Of a stretch of 61,489 nt of DNA, positions 39,894 through 48,873 are shown piece after piece. The notes beneath the pieces were generated by a model. That model had not been told where the DNA came from, did no database searches, and saw only the letters and a list, made by a program, of their open reading frames with translations. Numbering within the stretch: the first letter of the stretch is position 1; every line of letters begins with the position of its first letter. The stretch covers positions 1 to 61,489 of the IMG/VR virus record IMGVR_UViG_3300027687_000008; one strand, given 5' to 3'. Both the position numbers and the translations under genes were made by a program. Source of the stretch: a virus. Lineage: Duplodnaviria > Caudoviricetes.

Positions 39894-40710
39894 TAATATA
39901 CTCCTCTATTGTGTGCCAGTGTCTCATAGCTATAGTGTTGTGCAGTTTTTCATTATCTGCACATGTGTATTCTTGGTATTGTCCTTTTAGATGAGTAGGC
40001 ATTGGAATATATTCAATTTTTGCATTATACTTTTTAGCAATAATTTTAGCAACTTCTTCAACGTTGTTTGTTTTGCCTGTTCCTAAGTTATATAATCCAC
40101 ATGCATCTGTTTCGTGCATCATCTTTTCATGGACTACTGCAACATCATGTACACTTACACAATCTCTTTGATATTTGTCACTACCTTCAAATAATTTAAT
40201 TACACCATTGTGTGCGGCTTGCTGTTGGAACTTGCTAACCAAACTCATTTGATCACCTTTATGCCCTTCTCCAGGACCATATACATTGAAGTATCTAAAG
40301 TTTTGTACAAGCATACCAAAGTTTTCGTATCCATTTTCTTTTAAAAACTTATCAATAAGAAATTTACTCCATGCATAAGGAGTTTGTGGATAAACAGGAT
40401 CTGTTTCTTTAAAACTTGTGTTGTTACCATAAACAGCAGAAGTACTTACAAGCTGAATATTAGTATTATAATTTTCGCAAACTTGCATTAATCGTAATGT
40501 AAATTCATAATTATGAGCCCAAACTTTATCTATATCTCTTTCAGTAGTATCTGATATTGCACCACAATGTATTACCCAATCGTATGCTGATACGTCTGGC
40601 ACTACATGTTCAACCCATTCAAAGCCTTCAACTTCGTGACCTTTTTCTGTTAGATAATTGGCAATATAACTACCAATAAATCCTTTATGTCCTGTTACTA
40701 ATACTTTCAT
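39880..40710 (-). CDS. hldD: ADP-L-glycero-D-manno-heptose 6-epimerase
   Basis: VTGHKGFIGS, HCGAISDTTE, STSAVYG, YAWSK, RYFNVYGPGEGHKGDQMS, YQEYTCAD. Confidence 0.85.
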   Translation of the reverse strand: MKVLVTGHKGFIGSYIANYLTEKGHEVEGFEWVEHVVPDVSAYDWVIHCGAISDTTERDIDKVWAHNYEFTLRLMQVCENYNTNIQLVSTSAVYGNNTSFKETDPVYPQTPYAWSKFLIDKFLKENGYENFGMLVQNFRYFNVYGPGEGHKGDQMSLVSKFQQQAAHNGVIKLFEGSDKYQRDCVSVHDVAVVHEKMMHETDACGLYNLGTGKTNNVEEVAKIIAKKYNAKIEYIPMPTHLKGQYQEYTCADNEKLHNTIAMRHWHTIEEYINATN

Positions 40711-40727
40711 TTCTACCTCTTTTTACT

Positions 40728-40756
40728 ATTATACTATCTTTAATTGTTGCTGTCAA
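40728..40756 (-). promoter_or_regulatory. Consensus sigma70 promoter for hldD-cupin
   Basis: Minus strand TTGACA-17 bp-TATAAT, then SD GAGG and ATG 40710. Confidence 0.8.
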
Positions 40757-41888
40757 TCTTTTTAATTGTGCTTGTTGTACTATGTCCTTCAACTGTAGGA
40801 AATATAATAACTTTAGCTAAGTGATTTCCAACTACAGTATCAAATGTATAATCGCCACCTTTTACTATAATATCTGGCTCTAATTTGGTCATTGCTTCCA
40901 AAGGAGTATCTTCATCAAATATAATGACATCATCTACAAAACCAAGCTCTAAGAGCACTTCCTTGCGGGTGGTCTCATCGTTAATGGGTCTTAAATCACC
41001 TTTTAAACGCTTCACACTCGCATCGCTGTTAATGCCCACTATAAGTCTATTTCCTAAGCTGTATGCATGTCTAAGTAGCTTTAAATGGCCTATATGTAAT
41101 ATATCAAACACTCCGTTTGTCCATACAACTACATCTTCTAAGTCGTCTTTTTTAAGAATATATGTACCAGAATGTTTTACACTTTCTGTTGATCCACGTA
41201 CTGCAAGTTTTAATGACTTTCCATAATCATACCCTTGTGTAAGTGCATATACAAACCCTGCTAAGAAACAATCTCCAGCACCTGTAACATCAGATACTTC
41301 AACATTGTCTACCGGTATTTCATATTTTTTACCATCAATCGTAGCAATAACTTCATCGCCTGCATTAGTAGTAATAATGTTACCGTACCAACTATCAAAT
41401 TCTAAAGATTCAAATTCGCTGTAGTTTGGTTTTACTAACCAAGCATTTTCATAATACCAAAAATTTTCCTTAGGATCAACAATTATCTTACAACCAAACG
41501 TATTAATATGTTTTATGATATCTCTTGCTTCGTCTAGTACACCCTTGTTGTAGTCACTTAGTACAACATATTCATACTGAGAAAAATTTGTTGCTAACAC
41601 TTGTTGGAGTACAGCAGTACTGTCAGCTTGTGCGTCATCATCAATACGTGTAATGTAATGTCCGTCACAGATTATTCTTGTTTTTACACTAATCTGCCCA
41701 GGCGTTTCAAACATATCAACGTCAACACCCAAACTTTTTAAATTTTCGTATACAAGTCCTGCGCCACCTCTTGTTTCTTTTTCTTCAATATAAGTTATAA
41801 CAGGTACAGGTGCTTCAGGGCTAATACGTGTTGATGTTCCGTAGATATATTTGTCGATTATTACATCGCCAAGTACTAAAACTTTCAT
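40740..41888 (-). CDS. hldE: Bifunctional heptose-7-phosphate kinase / heptose-1-phosphate nucleotidyltransferase
   Basis: GDVIIDKY.YG...RISPEAPVPV, LSDYNKG, VDPK, DVTGAGD (PfkB) fused to TNGVFDILHIGH, GINSDASVKRLKG..RP, KGGDY, GHSTT. Confidence 0.92.
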   Translation of the reverse strand: MKVLVLGDVIIDKYIYGTSTRISPEAPVPVITYIEEKETRGGAGLVYENLKSLGVDVDMFETPGQISVKTRIICDGHYITRIDDDAQADSTAVLQQVLATNFSQYEYVVLSDYNKGVLDEARDIIKHINTFGCKIIVDPKENFWYYENAWLVKPNYSEFESLEFDSWYGNIITTNAGDEVIATIDGKKYEIPVDNVEVSDVTGAGDCFLAGFVYALTQGYDYGKSLKLAVRGSTESVKHSGTYILKKDDLEDVVVWTNGVFDILHIGHLKLLRHAYSLGNRLIVGINSDASVKRLKGDLRPINDETTRKEVLLELGFVDDVIIFDEDTPLEAMTKLEPDIIVKGGDYTFDTVVGNHLAKVIIFPTVEGHSTTSTIKKIDSNN

Positions 41889-43366
41889 TTCATACCCTTT
41901 ATGTATTGTGTGTTGTCTGGCAAATTTTGAATCCCTTGATCAAAAACTTCAACATGATAACGATACGCACTATCACTAATTTGTACATCGTTATTAAATT
42001 TTAATTCTTTTTGTGCAACCTCAGCTGTTAGTTTGCCAGTACCTGCAAGTACATAACTCCACAACGGCCAACCCGCTCCGCCCTCTGGTCTTGGGAATAA
42101 TGTTGCATTAGGTACTCTGTGTTTACAAACTTCGTGCATAGACTTTACAAAGTCAGTAGCTGTTGCACCGCTGTTAATATACTTCCAAAATTCTGTATCT
42201 TTACGCCCGCATGTATAATGTGCTACTAAAAAGTCCTTCATTGTATCGTATAAATGAGCATTCTTTTTATTATAATCATCTACAGTTCCAATGTTACAGG
42301 TCTCTTCTTTAGTTGCTCCTAAGCAACCAAAAACAAAATGTTTTATCTGTATTATTGTTGTATGAATACTTGTTGCCTCTAATGGTTCTGCAAACGCTCC
42401 AGCTAGGCCAATTGATAATACGTTCTTAATCCAAAGTTTTTCTTGTCTACCACTATCAAATTTAATATGCCTAATTGGGTCAACTTTACGTCCAATTGTT
42501 TGTTCAAGTTCTGCATGTGCTTGATCAGGAGTAACAAAATCATCACAGAATACATAGCCACAACCGCGTCTATGTTTTGTAGGTATTTGCCAACACCAGC
42601 CGTTATTTTGTGCCCAGGCATTAGTTACTGGCTGAATAACTTCATCATCTTCATATGGTAAATGAAACGGTAATGCACTGTTTACAGGTAAATTATCCTT
42701 GTAACTTTTCCATTTGCCGCCAACTGCATTAATTAATATTCTATTAAATCCAGTAGCATCAATAAACATGTCACCTTCTACTGTCTTGCCATTACTTAAT
42801 TTTACTGAAGTAACAAAACCTGTTTCACTATCAAGTTGTACATGCTCTACTTCACTATCAATATGTTCAGCATGTGTAGCAACTTTTTTGAAATATTGCC
42901 CTGCAAGATGTGCATCCATATGATATGCATGATTGCCGTTAACTTGTACAAGTGTATTTTTATTGTGATGTATTTTATAACCAAGTTCTGTTGCAATGTG
43001 TAGTAAATCTTGATCTCTAAAGCCTAAAGCATGTTGAAAAACAATATCACCATGGTCATTACTAGTAGGAGTGCCATCAATAGGACCAATATAAAACTTA
43101 CTAGGATCTTCATTCCAGCCTATATGTTTAATGCCTAACTTAATTGTAGCATCACACTCTTTAATAAAGTCTTGTTCATTACAACCAAGGTCCCACATTT
43201 CATTTTGTATAATAGTTGTAAGAGCACCAGTAGTGCTTTCGCCTACTCCAACTACTCCAACTTTAGTACTTTCAATACAAGTAACTGTATGTTCTGGCTT
43301 AATTTTACTAATTAAAAGTGCCGCAAGCCAACCAGCTGTGCCTCCACCAACAACAACTATTTTCAT
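41885..43366 (-). CDS. Flavin-dependent halogenase 2
   Basis: GGGTAGW, VGVGEST, ATIKLGIKH, IDATGF, GWCWQIP, FAEPLEATSIH. Confidence 0.88.
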   Translation of the reverse strand: MKIVVVGGGTAGWLAALLISKIKPEHTVTCIESTKVGVVGVGESTTGALTTIIQNEMWDLGCNEQDFIKECDATIKLGIKHIGWNEDPSKFYIGPIDGTPTSNDHGDIVFQHALGFRDQDLLHIATELGYKIHHNKNTLVQVNGNHAYHMDAHLAGQYFKKVATHAEHIDSEVEHVQLDSETGFVTSVKLSNGKTVEGDMFIDATGFNRILINAVGGKWKSYKDNLPVNSALPFHLPYEDDEVIQPVTNAWAQNNGWCWQIPTKHRRGCGYVFCDDFVTPDQAHAELEQTIGRKVDPIRHIKFDSGRQEKLWIKNVLSIGLAGAFAEPLEATSIHTTIIQIKHFVFGCLGATKEETCNIGTVDDYNKKNAHLYDTMKDFLVAHYTCGRKDTEFWKYINSGATATDFVKSMHEVCKHRVPNATLFPRPEGGAGWPLWSYVLAGTGKLTAEVAQKELKFNNDVQISDSAYRYHVEVFDQGIQNLPDNTQYIKGMK

Positions 43367-44880
43367 AGCATTATATCTCTATCTGTACGACTCATAGCTT
43401 TTGAAAACCAGTCAACACCTAAGTTAGTAGTTTCAATTGCATCAGAGTGTGACATACTAACTATATGTCTTAGGTATTCTTGTTTCATAAACTCTTGTTG
43501 CTGTTCTTCTAGTTCTAATTTTGGTATCCTTGATACATCAGAGTGTGCTGGATATCCCATTTGTATTAACCAAAGTTGCCAATTAGGTGGATGAAATAGT
43601 GTAACTGAATGTACTCTAGAGTAAAAACTTCTTTTAGGATCCTTTAACCAACGTTCATAAAATTTATGTTTGTCTGATTTTACATGTGTTTCTTTTACAA
43701 AATTCCAAAAAGGTGTATCCCATTCAGTATCAGCATAATGACTGTTAATAAAATCAACAGCATCATCATACCAATCCATCATATAATTATTGTAAGCACT
43801 AATTCTCTTGTCATCATACCATTGCTGGGGTATCATTTTTGCAAGTTCTTGAACACCTGTTGTCATACTTGCTAACCCTGTACTCTCTAACGGCTCAATA
43901 AATCCGCCACTTAGGCCAATTGAAACAACATTCTTTTCCCAAAAGTTTTTACTATAATACGGGTTCCAGTCAATAACTTTCATATCTTCTGGTTTGATTC
44001 TTCCATCCCAATGATCGCTAAAATATTGTTTAGCAGTATCAACGTCAGTAATATCTCTATTGAATACCATGCCACTGCCCATGCGTGACTGTGTAGGAAT
44101 TTTCCAAATCCATCCATGGTCTACAGCAGGACAATTTACATATGGTGTACGTTCTTTTTCAATATCTTCATATTCTACATGTCCTGCAACAGCAGTATTT
44201 GTAAATAATCTTCCTTCGCCTAGCAACTCAACTCTGTCTGGCTTTTTTAGTATTGAACCAAAGCCAGTACAATCAATAAAGAAGTCTCCTTTATGTGTTA
44301 GCCCGTTTGCTAATTTTAGTTCAGTAATATATCCTTGGTCGTCTCTAATAACATCTACAACTTCACTTTTAATAATATTCGTGTCTCTTTGACATATTTC
44401 TTGTAAACGTTTTACTAGTTTTCCGCAATCAATGTGATATGCTAGTGTTGTATACGCATGGTGTATGTCAATTTTATTATCCATAGTTGTTTTATAACAG
44501 GGTAAAGCCTGCTCTTGAAAGGTTTCACGCTTGCCTAGATCTGCCCAAACATCGTATTGTGTTATTGCTTGATCAATATATGATTTATTAAGATAAAAAG
44601 GATGCCATACAGTATTGCCTGGCTTCTTCCATCCCGGAAAGTTAATACCAGCCTTATACGTTCCATCTATTTGTGTAAACCAATCTCTTTCATGTAATCC
44701 ACACTCTCTAAGAAAAGAAGGAAAAGTTAATACAGTTGCTTCACCAACACCAATAGGTGTTCCTACTTCTTTATCAATTATTGTTAATGGAACGTCCCAC
44801 ATATTATTTCGAATATATGCGGCTGTTAACCATGCCGCTGACCCACCGCCTACTATTGTAATGTTTTTGATTTGCTTCAT
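43363..44880 (-). CDS. Flavin-dependent halogenase 3
   Basis: GGGSAAW, IGVGEAT, GTYKAGINF, IDCTGF, GWIWKIP, FIEPLESTG (canonical). Confidence 0.9.
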   Translation of the reverse strand: MKQIKNITIVGGGSAAWLTAAYIRNNMWDVPLTIIDKEVGTPIGVGEATVLTFPSFLRECGLHERDWFTQIDGTYKAGINFPGWKKPGNTVWHPFYLNKSYIDQAITQYDVWADLGKRETFQEQALPCYKTTMDNKIDIHHAYTTLAYHIDCGKLVKRLQEICQRDTNIIKSEVVDVIRDDQGYITELKLANGLTHKGDFFIDCTGFGSILKKPDRVELLGEGRLFTNTAVAGHVEYEDIEKERTPYVNCPAVDHGWIWKIPTQSRMGSGMVFNRDITDVDTAKQYFSDHWDGRIKPEDMKVIDWNPYYSKNFWEKNVVSIGLSGGFIEPLESTGLASMTTGVQELAKMIPQQWYDDKRISAYNNYMMDWYDDAVDFINSHYADTEWDTPFWNFVKETHVKSDKHKFYERWLKDPKRSFYSRVHSVTLFHPPNWQLWLIQMGYPAHSDVSRIPKLELEEQQQEFMKQEYLRHIVSMSHSDAIETTNLGVDWFSKAMSRTDRDIML

Positions 44881-45326
44881 TTTTTATCCTGTTCTAAATA
44901 ATCAATTAGACTAAAAACTGTTTCAAATTTAGTTTGATTGGTTTTGCTTTGTAGTGTATTACGTAATCCCATATGTAATGGTTTGGGCCATCTTCCAAAA
45001 CTAACCCATGCATATCCGTCATGTTCTTCGTTTAACGTTGGAAGGAATTCGTCTTTTAGTATGCACAGATATGTATGAAAACTAAATTTTTCATCTGTAC
45101 TAATAAAAGTTTCTAATGGAATAGTTTTGATTATGTCCGGTAACTCACCGACTTCTTCGTGTATTTCTCTTTGTAGTGCAGGCCACGGAGCTTCGTCCTT
45201 GCCGTTAGTACCGCCTACTAATCCCCATACATGTTTTTGTTTACTTTGTGTGCGATGTAATAATAAAAACCGTTGTGTTTTAAGTGAATAAAACAAGGCA
45301 CCACTGCATATAATTTCTTGACTCAT
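44877..45326 (-). CDS. Nudix hydrolase
   Basis: GTNGKDEAPWPALQREIHEEVG fits GX5EX7REUXEEXG; start set to MSQEII at 45326 to avoid overlap with gp15. Confidence 0.85.
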   Translation of the reverse strand: MSQEIICSGALFYSLKTQRFLLLHRTQSKQKHVWGLVGGTNGKDEAPWPALQREIHEEVGELPDIIKTIPLETFISTDEKFSFHTYLCILKDEFLPTLNEEHDGYAWVSFGRWPKPLHMGLRNTLQSKTNQTKFETVFSLIDYLEQDKK

Positions 45327-45339
45327 ACAAGTACTTATT

Positions 45340-46845
45340 TTAGAGTGACAGGCGCCAGGTGCCTTTTCGGTATTCGCCTTCGAATGAAAGTATCCATTCT
45401 GTACCAGTCCATCTGTACTGTACACCAGTATTTAGGTTGGTTATGTACTTTGTTTCAGTTCCGGAGTCTGTACTAGCATCAAATACAACGGTCCATTTGG
45501 TTCCATCCCATTCAACAATATCATTTTCACCAGCAACAAAGTCTGATCCGTCTGCATTTTTCCATGCATCTGGACCATCATATGGATCTTTAGAACTACC
45601 ATCACTTGGATCCTGACCAAAATCCATAAGTCCGCCGACATTAGCACTTGTGTTTATAGCACCTAGTAGTAATAATCTTAGTCCTGCCGCTTTAGCAGTA
45701 GTAGGATTATATGTTCTTGGATTAATAATAAAGTCAATTGACCCTGTATTATTTCTACCTGCTGGAGACGATAGCGTTGTATTAGTTGGAATTGTGTCTT
45801 CGTCCCAATCAATTATTAATTGACTTTCGTCTAATGTATTAATAGTTACTGATCCGTTAACGCTTATACTCGTGTCTTCACCTGCTAGTATTTTACGTTG
45901 TAATTGTAACTGTGTAAGACCTGCTCTGTATTGGCCAGGTAATGCTTCAATTAACCTAGTCCAGGTTACTGTACCTGTTTTCCCTCGGTCAATTAATTGT
46001 GCAATATTATTCATAACAATCATGTCGTAGTCTTTGTAAGTAGTAGTACTAACTGAAACATTTAAAGAATCTCGTTGAATACGATCAGTTTGTTTATCCA
46101 TTGCCGCTCTTTCTGCTGGACTATCGGAGTATGCTTTTAGTTCAGGTGTACTAATTCCTAAAGCAACATTACCATTTGATTCGTCAAATATACTCATTAT
46201 AACATTTGTTATAATTCCTAACTTTTTAACCTTAGCAGGCATGTTAATATATATTGGTGTTGTAAAACTAAGTTGTGCAACATCAATTTCGCTTTCTGTT
46301 CCAATAGGAATTGATCTTGAACTAAAACTCATACTTGTCAATTCTACACTAGTTAAACTACTCCAATCAACATAGTTGTCAGTAGTTTGTATTTCTAGAC
46401 TAGGATTAAACAACATTAATAGTTGTTCCATAATTTGTAATTTTTGATCCGTGTTAGTTGACCAAATATCTACGTTAACATTTAATGTATATGGACTAGG
46501 CATAATACGTTCTACTGTATAGTTCTTGCCTTGTGTGTTTAAATATTCGTTACCAGTATCGTCGTATGCTCTTTCTCTGATATGTACTTTGTTAGTATAT
46601 GAACTATCTGAAGTACGAGACCTATCTTGCTCTAATCCTGTAATGTAGACTGCCATACGTGGAGCACTAGGTACTTTGTTTTCTGAATTATCTCTTAGAA
46701 TATGCCCAACTTGACGTGTGATATCTCCGTACATAACAGGCACACGTACTATTTTGTTGTCACCGTCTTTATATGAGAAGTTGCTAAACAGTCTTACTAA
46801 CTGAGTAAGGTATCTTCTTATTTGTCCATCATAAAAATGTTGCAT
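45340..46845 (-). CDS. gp15: Tail terminator/sheath stabiliser, T4 gp15-like, with C-terminal extension
   Basis: HFYDGQIRRYLTQLVRLFSNF...VPVMYG...PRMAV...MPSPY.L...QIMEQLLMLFNP pattern; adjacent to neck genes. Confidence 0.7.
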   Translation of the reverse strand: MQHFYDGQIRRYLTQLVRLFSNFSYKDGDNKIVRVPVMYGDITRQVGHILRDNSENKVPSAPRMAVYITGLEQDRSRTSDSSYTNKVHIRERAYDDTGNEYLNTQGKNYTVERIMPSPYTLNVNVDIWSTNTDQKLQIMEQLLMLFNPSLEIQTTDNYVDWSSLTSVELTSMSFSSRSIPIGTESEIDVAQLSFTTPIYINMPAKVKKLGIITNVIMSIFDESNGNVALGISTPELKAYSDSPAERAAMDKQTDRIQRDSLNVSVSTTTYKDYDMIVMNNIAQLIDRGKTGTVTWTRLIEALPGQYRAGLTQLQLQRKILAGEDTSISVNGSVTINTLDESQLIIDWDEDTIPTNTTLSSPAGRNNTGSIDFIINPRTYNPTTAKAAGLRLLLLGAINTSANVGGLMDFGQDPSDGSSKDPYDGPDAWKNADGSDFVAGENDIVEWDGTKWTVVFDASTDSGTETKYITNLNTGVQYRWTGTEWILSFEGEYRKGTWRLSL

Positions 46846-48002
46846 TAATTATCTGCCTTAGGTCTAAGTGCTTTGCCTAATCCCTGTCTTTCTACTACAG
46901 TGTCGCCTGCAATAGTTGATGCATTAGTATTATTAACAAAGCCACTTCTTTGTGTCTGTTTAGTATCAGTATTAGTCATTGTCATACGTACATTATCTTC
47001 CATCTTAACCCATCTTCTTCCGTCGTATCTAAATAATCTATTTGGTAACATATCAATTCTTAAGAAATAATCTCCCTCAACTTGACTAAGTGGGAAACTA
47101 ATACCGCTTCCAAACGCTTCTCCATTAGGTGCTAATCCATCACCAATAATATAACCAGTATAGCCCTCACGCTCTGGTGTTTGGTTAACTCTATCTGCTA
47201 ATTCATTTTGTGTACTTGCATCAAGTTCACTACTATCTGTTGTAACTAATTCAGGCTCACCGTTATCGTCTACTTGTAATGTATACAAATGACTAGTATC
47301 ATAACCTGCTTTAGGAGCATCTGCTTCTGCTTGTGAAATAATAGCATCATTAACTTGCATTTCTCGCTCATATGTACTAAGAACATTACGTAATGTTTGT
47401 GAGCTTCCTTCTTCTGCTGGTAAATCAAGTATCTCTTTAAACTCTTGACTATCAAGAATCTGTTTCATTTTTACACGATATAAATGTGGATACCAAGTTG
47501 GTGAAAATCCTTCGCTTGCTCTGTTAACATCTTCTACTACATAGAAGCGTTTAAGAGCTACACTAAAATCATTAAGTGCATTTTCATCTTTTAAATGAGG
47601 TAATTCAATTACATCACCGGACATAATTTTACGCCCTAGTGTTTTTACACTGTAATTAATTGGTATTGTCATAAAGATGATATCATTTTGTAAGAATAAA
47701 CCAAATTGGCTCATATCAAAATCTACATCTGAAACACTATAAATGCCACGCATTGTATAAATGTCAGGATCGTATTTACGATCTCTGTTTTCCATAAACA
47801 GCATGTCTTGTATATTGGTTTCTTTGACAGCATTATACTGCGGCTGATCAGCCGTAGCAGTTGCATCATCTGGGTTCTTAGGTCCTAAGTACTTGTGTAC
47901 AAAGACGTCGGTACCTCCAACGGTAAACATCTCTGTTATAGTCTTATCTAAGAACGAATAATCTTTCCCTCTTTCGGGTTTGTATAAACTAAGTCTCGGC
48001 AT
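46845..48002 (-). CDS. gp14: Neck protein, T4 gp14-like
   Basis: MPRLSLY start; MSQFGLFLQND...GDVIELPHL...FYVVEDV; between gp15 and gp13. Confidence 0.6.
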   Translation of the reverse strand: MPRLSLYKPERGKDYSFLDKTITEMFTVGGTDVFVHKYLGPKNPDDATATADQPQYNAVKETNIQDMLFMENRDRKYDPDIYTMRGIYSVSDVDFDMSQFGLFLQNDIIFMTIPINYSVKTLGRKIMSGDVIELPHLKDENALNDFSVALKRFYVVEDVNRASEGFSPTWYPHLYRVKMKQILDSQEFKEILDLPAEEGSSQTLRNVLSTYEREMQVNDAIISQAEADAPKAGYDTSHLYTLQVDDNGEPELVTTDSSELDASTQNELADRVNQTPEREGYTGYIIGDGLAPNGEAFGSGISFPLSQVEGDYFLRIDMLPNRLFRYDGRRWVKMEDNVRMTMTNTDTKQTQRSGFVNNTNASTIAGDTVVERQGLGKALRPKADN

Positions 48003-48010
48003 AACAATAG

Positions 48011-48032
48011 TATTTATCGTAACGCATAAATA
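48011..48032. promoter_or_regulatory. Back-to-back divergent late promoters
   Basis: GATAAATA on minus (48011-48018) and CATAAATA on plus (48025-48032). Confidence 0.7.
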
Positions 48033-48051
48033 CAATGTACGGAGAAGATAC

Positions 48052-48813
48052 ATGTCAACAAATATTAATACAAAAAAGCAAGAAGTTTACAAATACGTAG
48101 AACTTAGTCTTGGTGGCGGAATGATCGATATTGAACTCGATCCAGAACACTATGAAAGTGCTCTTAATACAGCATTAACTAGGTTTAGACAGCGTAGTGA
48201 AAACGCTGTTGAAGAATCGTACATCTTTTTGCCTACAGTAATTGATCAAAATGATTACGTATTACCAAACGAAATAATGGAAGTTAAAAAGATTTATAGA
48301 CGTTCAATTGGTTCACGCACAGGTGGCGGCGATGGCGGTACATTATTTGAACCATTTAACATGGCATACACAAATACCTATCTTTTAGCAAGTAGTAATA
48401 TGGGCGGACTTGCAACTTATAATGCATTTGCAGGATATCAAGAATTAGTAGGACGTATGTTTGGATCATTCATTGAATTTAAATGGAACAGATCAAATAA
48501 AAAACTTACAATCTTACAACGTGCTCGTGCAGAAGAAGAATTATTACTAGAGTGTTACAATTACAGACCAGACTTTGAATTATTAGATGACTATATGGCT
48601 GTACAATGGATCAAAGATTACACACTTGCAAAGTGTAAGTACATGCTAGGAGAAGCACGTAGTAAATTTGCTACTATTTCAGGCCCACAAGGTGGTAGCT
48701 CACTTAATGGTGATGCACTAAAAGCTGAAGCACAATCCGAAATGGAAAAACTTGATTCAGAAGTATCACTAGCAATGGCTGGCGGCGTTGGCTACGGCTT
48801 CACAATTGGCTAA
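48052..48813 (+). CDS. gp13: Neck protein, T4 gp13-like
   Basis: LGGGMIDIEL....Y..AL..AL..F, WIKDYTLAKCKYMLGEARSKF...GPQGG..LNG; start ATG 48052 with SD GGAG. Confidence 0.8.
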   Translation: MSTNINTKKQEVYKYVELSLGGGMIDIELDPEHYESALNTALTRFRQRSENAVEESYIFLPTVIDQNDYVLPNEIMEVKKIYRRSIGSRTGGGDGGTLFEPFNMAYTNTYLLASSNMGGLATYNAFAGYQELVGRMFGSFIEFKWNRSNKKLTILQRARAEEELLLECYNYRPDFELLDDYMAVQWIKDYTLAKCKYMLGEARSKFATISGPQGGSSLNGDALKAEAQSEMEKLDSEVSLAMAGGVGYGFTIG

Positions 48814-48821
48814 AATAACAC

Positions 48822-48850
48822 TTGACATCCGATAAATTATAACGTATAAT
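48822..48850 (+). promoter_or_regulatory. Consensus sigma70 promoter for dNMP kinase
   Basis: TTGACA (48822-48827), 17 bp, TATAAT (48845-48850). Confidence 0.8.
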
Positions 48851-48873
48851 ATATTATAAATTAAGGATTCATT

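Noticed and set aside
47980-48053. Overlapping N-terminal extensions of gp13 and gp14 given by the ORF track
   Set aside because: Better starts at 48052 (SD GGAG) and 48002 leave a gap containing two late promoters; similar start corrections were made at 26727, 30367, 45326 and 55120
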